This document shows, in pieces, positions 30,159 to 32,000 of a DNA stretch of 32,000 bases (positions within the stretch are counted from its first letter, which is position 1; the number at the start of each line of letters is the position of its first letter). The position numbers were made by a program, and so were the translations under genes. This DNA comes from Wigglesworthia glossinidia endosymbiont of Glossina morsitans morsitans (Yale colony) (lineage in GTDB: Bacteria; Pseudomonadota; Gammaproteobacteria; Enterobacterales; Enterobacteriaceae). The stretch is taken from positions 390,001 to 422,000 of the forward strand of contig NC_016893.1 of assembly GCF_000247565.1 (NCBI RefSeq). Direction: 5' to 3'. The notes beneath the pieces were generated by a model. It was not told where the DNA came from. It did not search any database and saw nothing but the letters and a program-made list of their open reading frames with translations.

Positions 30159-31634
30159 ATGAAAAATAATATTAACAATTCTTTAAAAGAAAGTACATAT
30201 AAATTAAATTTAAATGAATATAAAGAAGGATTTTCTACAATTTTAAAAACAGACGAATTAGAAAAAGGAATTAATGAAAAAGTAATTTGCGCTATATCTA
30301 GAAAGCGTAACGAACCTGATTGGATGTTAAATTTTAGAATGCAAGCATATAATGCATGGCTAAACATGTCTGAACCGCATTGGTTACATGGAAAATTTGA
30401 TCCAATTAATTATAATGAATATAGTTATTACTCCGCACCAAAATGCGATTCTTGCCAAAATGATAAACGAAATAAAACAAAAAAAAATTCTCAAAATTAT
30501 TTAATTCCTGAAGTAAAAAATACATTTAAAAAATTAGGCATACCTACAAAAGAAGATAAAAATATAGCAATCGATGCTATATTTGATTCTGTTTCTGTAT
30601 CTACAACATATCAAAGTTCTCTTAAAGAGATGGGAATTATTTTTTGTTCTTTTAGCGAAGCAATTCAAAATTATCCAGAACTTGTACGTAAATATTTAGG
30701 AAGCGTTGTCCCTGCAAATGATAATTTTTTTGCGGCTTTAAATTCTGCTGTAGCTTCTGATGGGACATTTGTATATATTCCAAAAAATGTACAATGCCCG
30801 ATGGAATTATCCACATATTTTCGTATAAATTCCGCTAATACTGGTCAATTTGAACGTACTATTTTAATAGCAGATAAAAATAGTACAGTAAGTTATATCG
30901 AGGGTTGCTCTGCTCCGATACGGGATGGTCATCAGTTGCATGCTGCCGTTGTAGAAGTCATTGTGCTAGATTATGCTACAGTAAAGTATTCTACTGTGCA
31001 AAATTGGTTTCCGGGACAATCTAATGAAAGCGGAATATTGAATTTTGTCACAAAGCGTGCTTTATGTAAAGGAAAAAAATCAAAAATGTCTTGGACACAA
31101 TCTGAAACAGGATCTGCAATTACTTGGAAGTATCCAAGTGTGATTTTAAAAGGAAATGAATCAATAGGAGAATTTTTTTCTATTGCTTTAACAAAAAATT
31201 ATCAGCAAGCAGATACGGGTACTAAAATGATTCATATAGGTAAAAATAGCAGCTCAACTATTGTATCTAAAACAATATCTTCCGGGCAAAGTAACAATAC
31301 CTATCGGGGTTTAGTAAAAATTACATCTCAAGCAAATTATTCAAGAAATTTTACTCAATGTGATTCTATGTTAATTGGTACTAAATCTGGAGCACATACT
31401 TTTCCAAATATTCAAGTAAATAATCAAACTTCTCAGATTGAGCATGAAGCTACGACATCTAAAATAGAAGAAGATCAAATTTTTTATTGTCAACAAAGAG
31501 GAATTAATGTTAATGATGCAATTTCTATGATTGTACATGGATTTTGTAAAGAAGTATTCTCTAAGTTGCCATTAGAATTTGCTATAGAAGCAGAAAAGTT
31601 ACTTCATATTAATTTAGATCATAGTATAGGTTAA
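30159..31634 (+). CDS. sufB: Fe-S cluster assembly scaffold SufB
   Basis: '[15 protein letters not shown]', 'STVQNWFPG', '[33 protein letters not shown]', '[19 protein letters not shown]', '[21 protein letters not shown]'. Start could also be ATG 30144 (overlapping the sufA stop). The alignment to E. coli SufB favours 30159. Confidence 0.96.
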   Translation: MKNNINNSLKESTYKLNLNEYKEGFSTILKTDELEKGINEKVICAISRKRNEPDWMLNFRMQAYNAWLNMSEPHWLHGKFDPINYNEYSYYSAPKCDSCQNDKRNKTKKNSQNYLIPEVKNTFKKLGIPTKEDKNIAIDAIFDSVSVSTTYQSSLKEMGIIFCSFSEAIQNYPELVRKYLGSVVPANDNFFAALNSAVASDGTFVYIPKNVQCPMELSTYFRINSANTGQFERTILIADKNSTVSYIEGCSAPIRDGHQLHAAVVEVIVLDYATVKYSTVQNWFPGQSNESGILNFVTKRALCKGKKSKMSWTQSETGSAITWKYPSVILKGNESIGEFFSIALTKNYQQADTGTKMIHIGKNSSSTIVSKTISSGQSNNTYRGLVKITSQANYSRNFTQCDSMLIGTKSGAHTFPNIQVNNQTSQIEHEATTSKIEEDQIFYCQQRGINVNDAISMIVHGFCKEVFSKLPLEFAIEAEKLLHINLDHSIG

Positions 31635-31683
31635 AATAAGTAGAAAATACATTTTTTTGGAATTTATTTACTAGGAACAAAAC

Positions 31684-32000
31684 ATGTTGTCAATTCAAAA
31701 TTTAGAAGTTATGGTTAATAATCAACTTATTTTAAATAAGTTAAATTTAAAAATTCAACCAGGAGAAGTTCATGCTATTATGGGTCCAAATGGATCAGGA
31801 AAAAGCACTCTAGCAGATACTTTGTCTGGAAAAAAACATTGTGTTATTACTTCTGGAAGTATTTTATTTAAAAATGTTAATCTTTTTCAATTAACCCCAG
31901 AAGAACGAGCAGGAAAAGGAATTTTTATAGCTTTTCAATATCCAATGGAAATACCAGGCATAAATAATAAAAATTTTTTGCATGCAAGTATTAATGCTAT
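31684..32000 (+). CDS. sufC: Fe-S cluster assembly ATPase SufC, N-terminal part (3' end outside window)
   Basis: Open frame with no stop to the window end: MLSIQNLEVMVNNQLILNKLNLKIQPGEVHAIMGPNGSGKSTLADTLSGKK...FQYPMEIPGINNKNFL; Walker A GPNGSGKST. Confidence 0.95.
   Translation, partial: MLSIQNLEVMVNNQLILNKLNLKIQPGEVHAIMGPNGSGKSTLADTLSGKKHCVITSGSILFKNVNLFQLTPEERAGKGIFIAFQYPMEIPGINNKNFLHASINA

Noticed and set aside
30089-30367. 92 aa minus-strand ORF
   Set aside because: Antisense to the sufA/sufB junction.
1-32000. Possible tRNA, rRNA, CRISPR arrays, insertion sequences or phage remnants
   Set aside because: Intergenic gaps were read for GC-rich clover-like segments, regularly spaced repeats and transposase-like ORFs. 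None was seen. A tRNAscan/Infernal run would be needed to exclude small RNAs formally.
1-32000. An undescribed multi-gene biological system
   Set aside because: Every ORF that is not an antisense shadow could be assigned to a known enterobacterial family in ancestral-like order, leaving no unexplained operon.

Overview
This 32 kb window is a very AT-rich stretch of a gammaproteobacterial insect-endosymbiont chromosome of Buchnera type. The envelope gene content suggests a lineage such as Buchnera from Baizongia pistaciae, but that identification is inferred from recalled family knowledge and was not checked against a database. It encodes orthologues of E. coli housekeeping genes in recognisable blocks: rseP(3' end)-bamA-skp-lpxD-fabZ-lpxA-lpxB-dnaE-accA; nhaP2/cvrA > < alr/dadX; minCDE; tsaB, xthA, purU (minus); galU-ugd; hns, cls, yciC, yciK, ribA (minus); pyrF; fabI (minus); sufA-sufB-sufC(5' end). 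I saw no tRNA, rRNA, CRISPR, transposon, phage or toxin/defence genes, and I do not see an undescribed biological system. The points worth a second look are: retained lipid A genes and a galU-ugd pair; a Ugd of the long ~450 aa class rather than the E. coli class; very strong conservation of the H-NS N-terminus; an antiporter that appears to lack its C-terminal region; MinD/MinE and FabZ/LpxA 3' extensions that create overlaps; a divergent TsaB; and poly(A) tracts of 10-11 nt inside intact genes (lpxB, minD, xthA, pyrF) that are candidate slippage sites.
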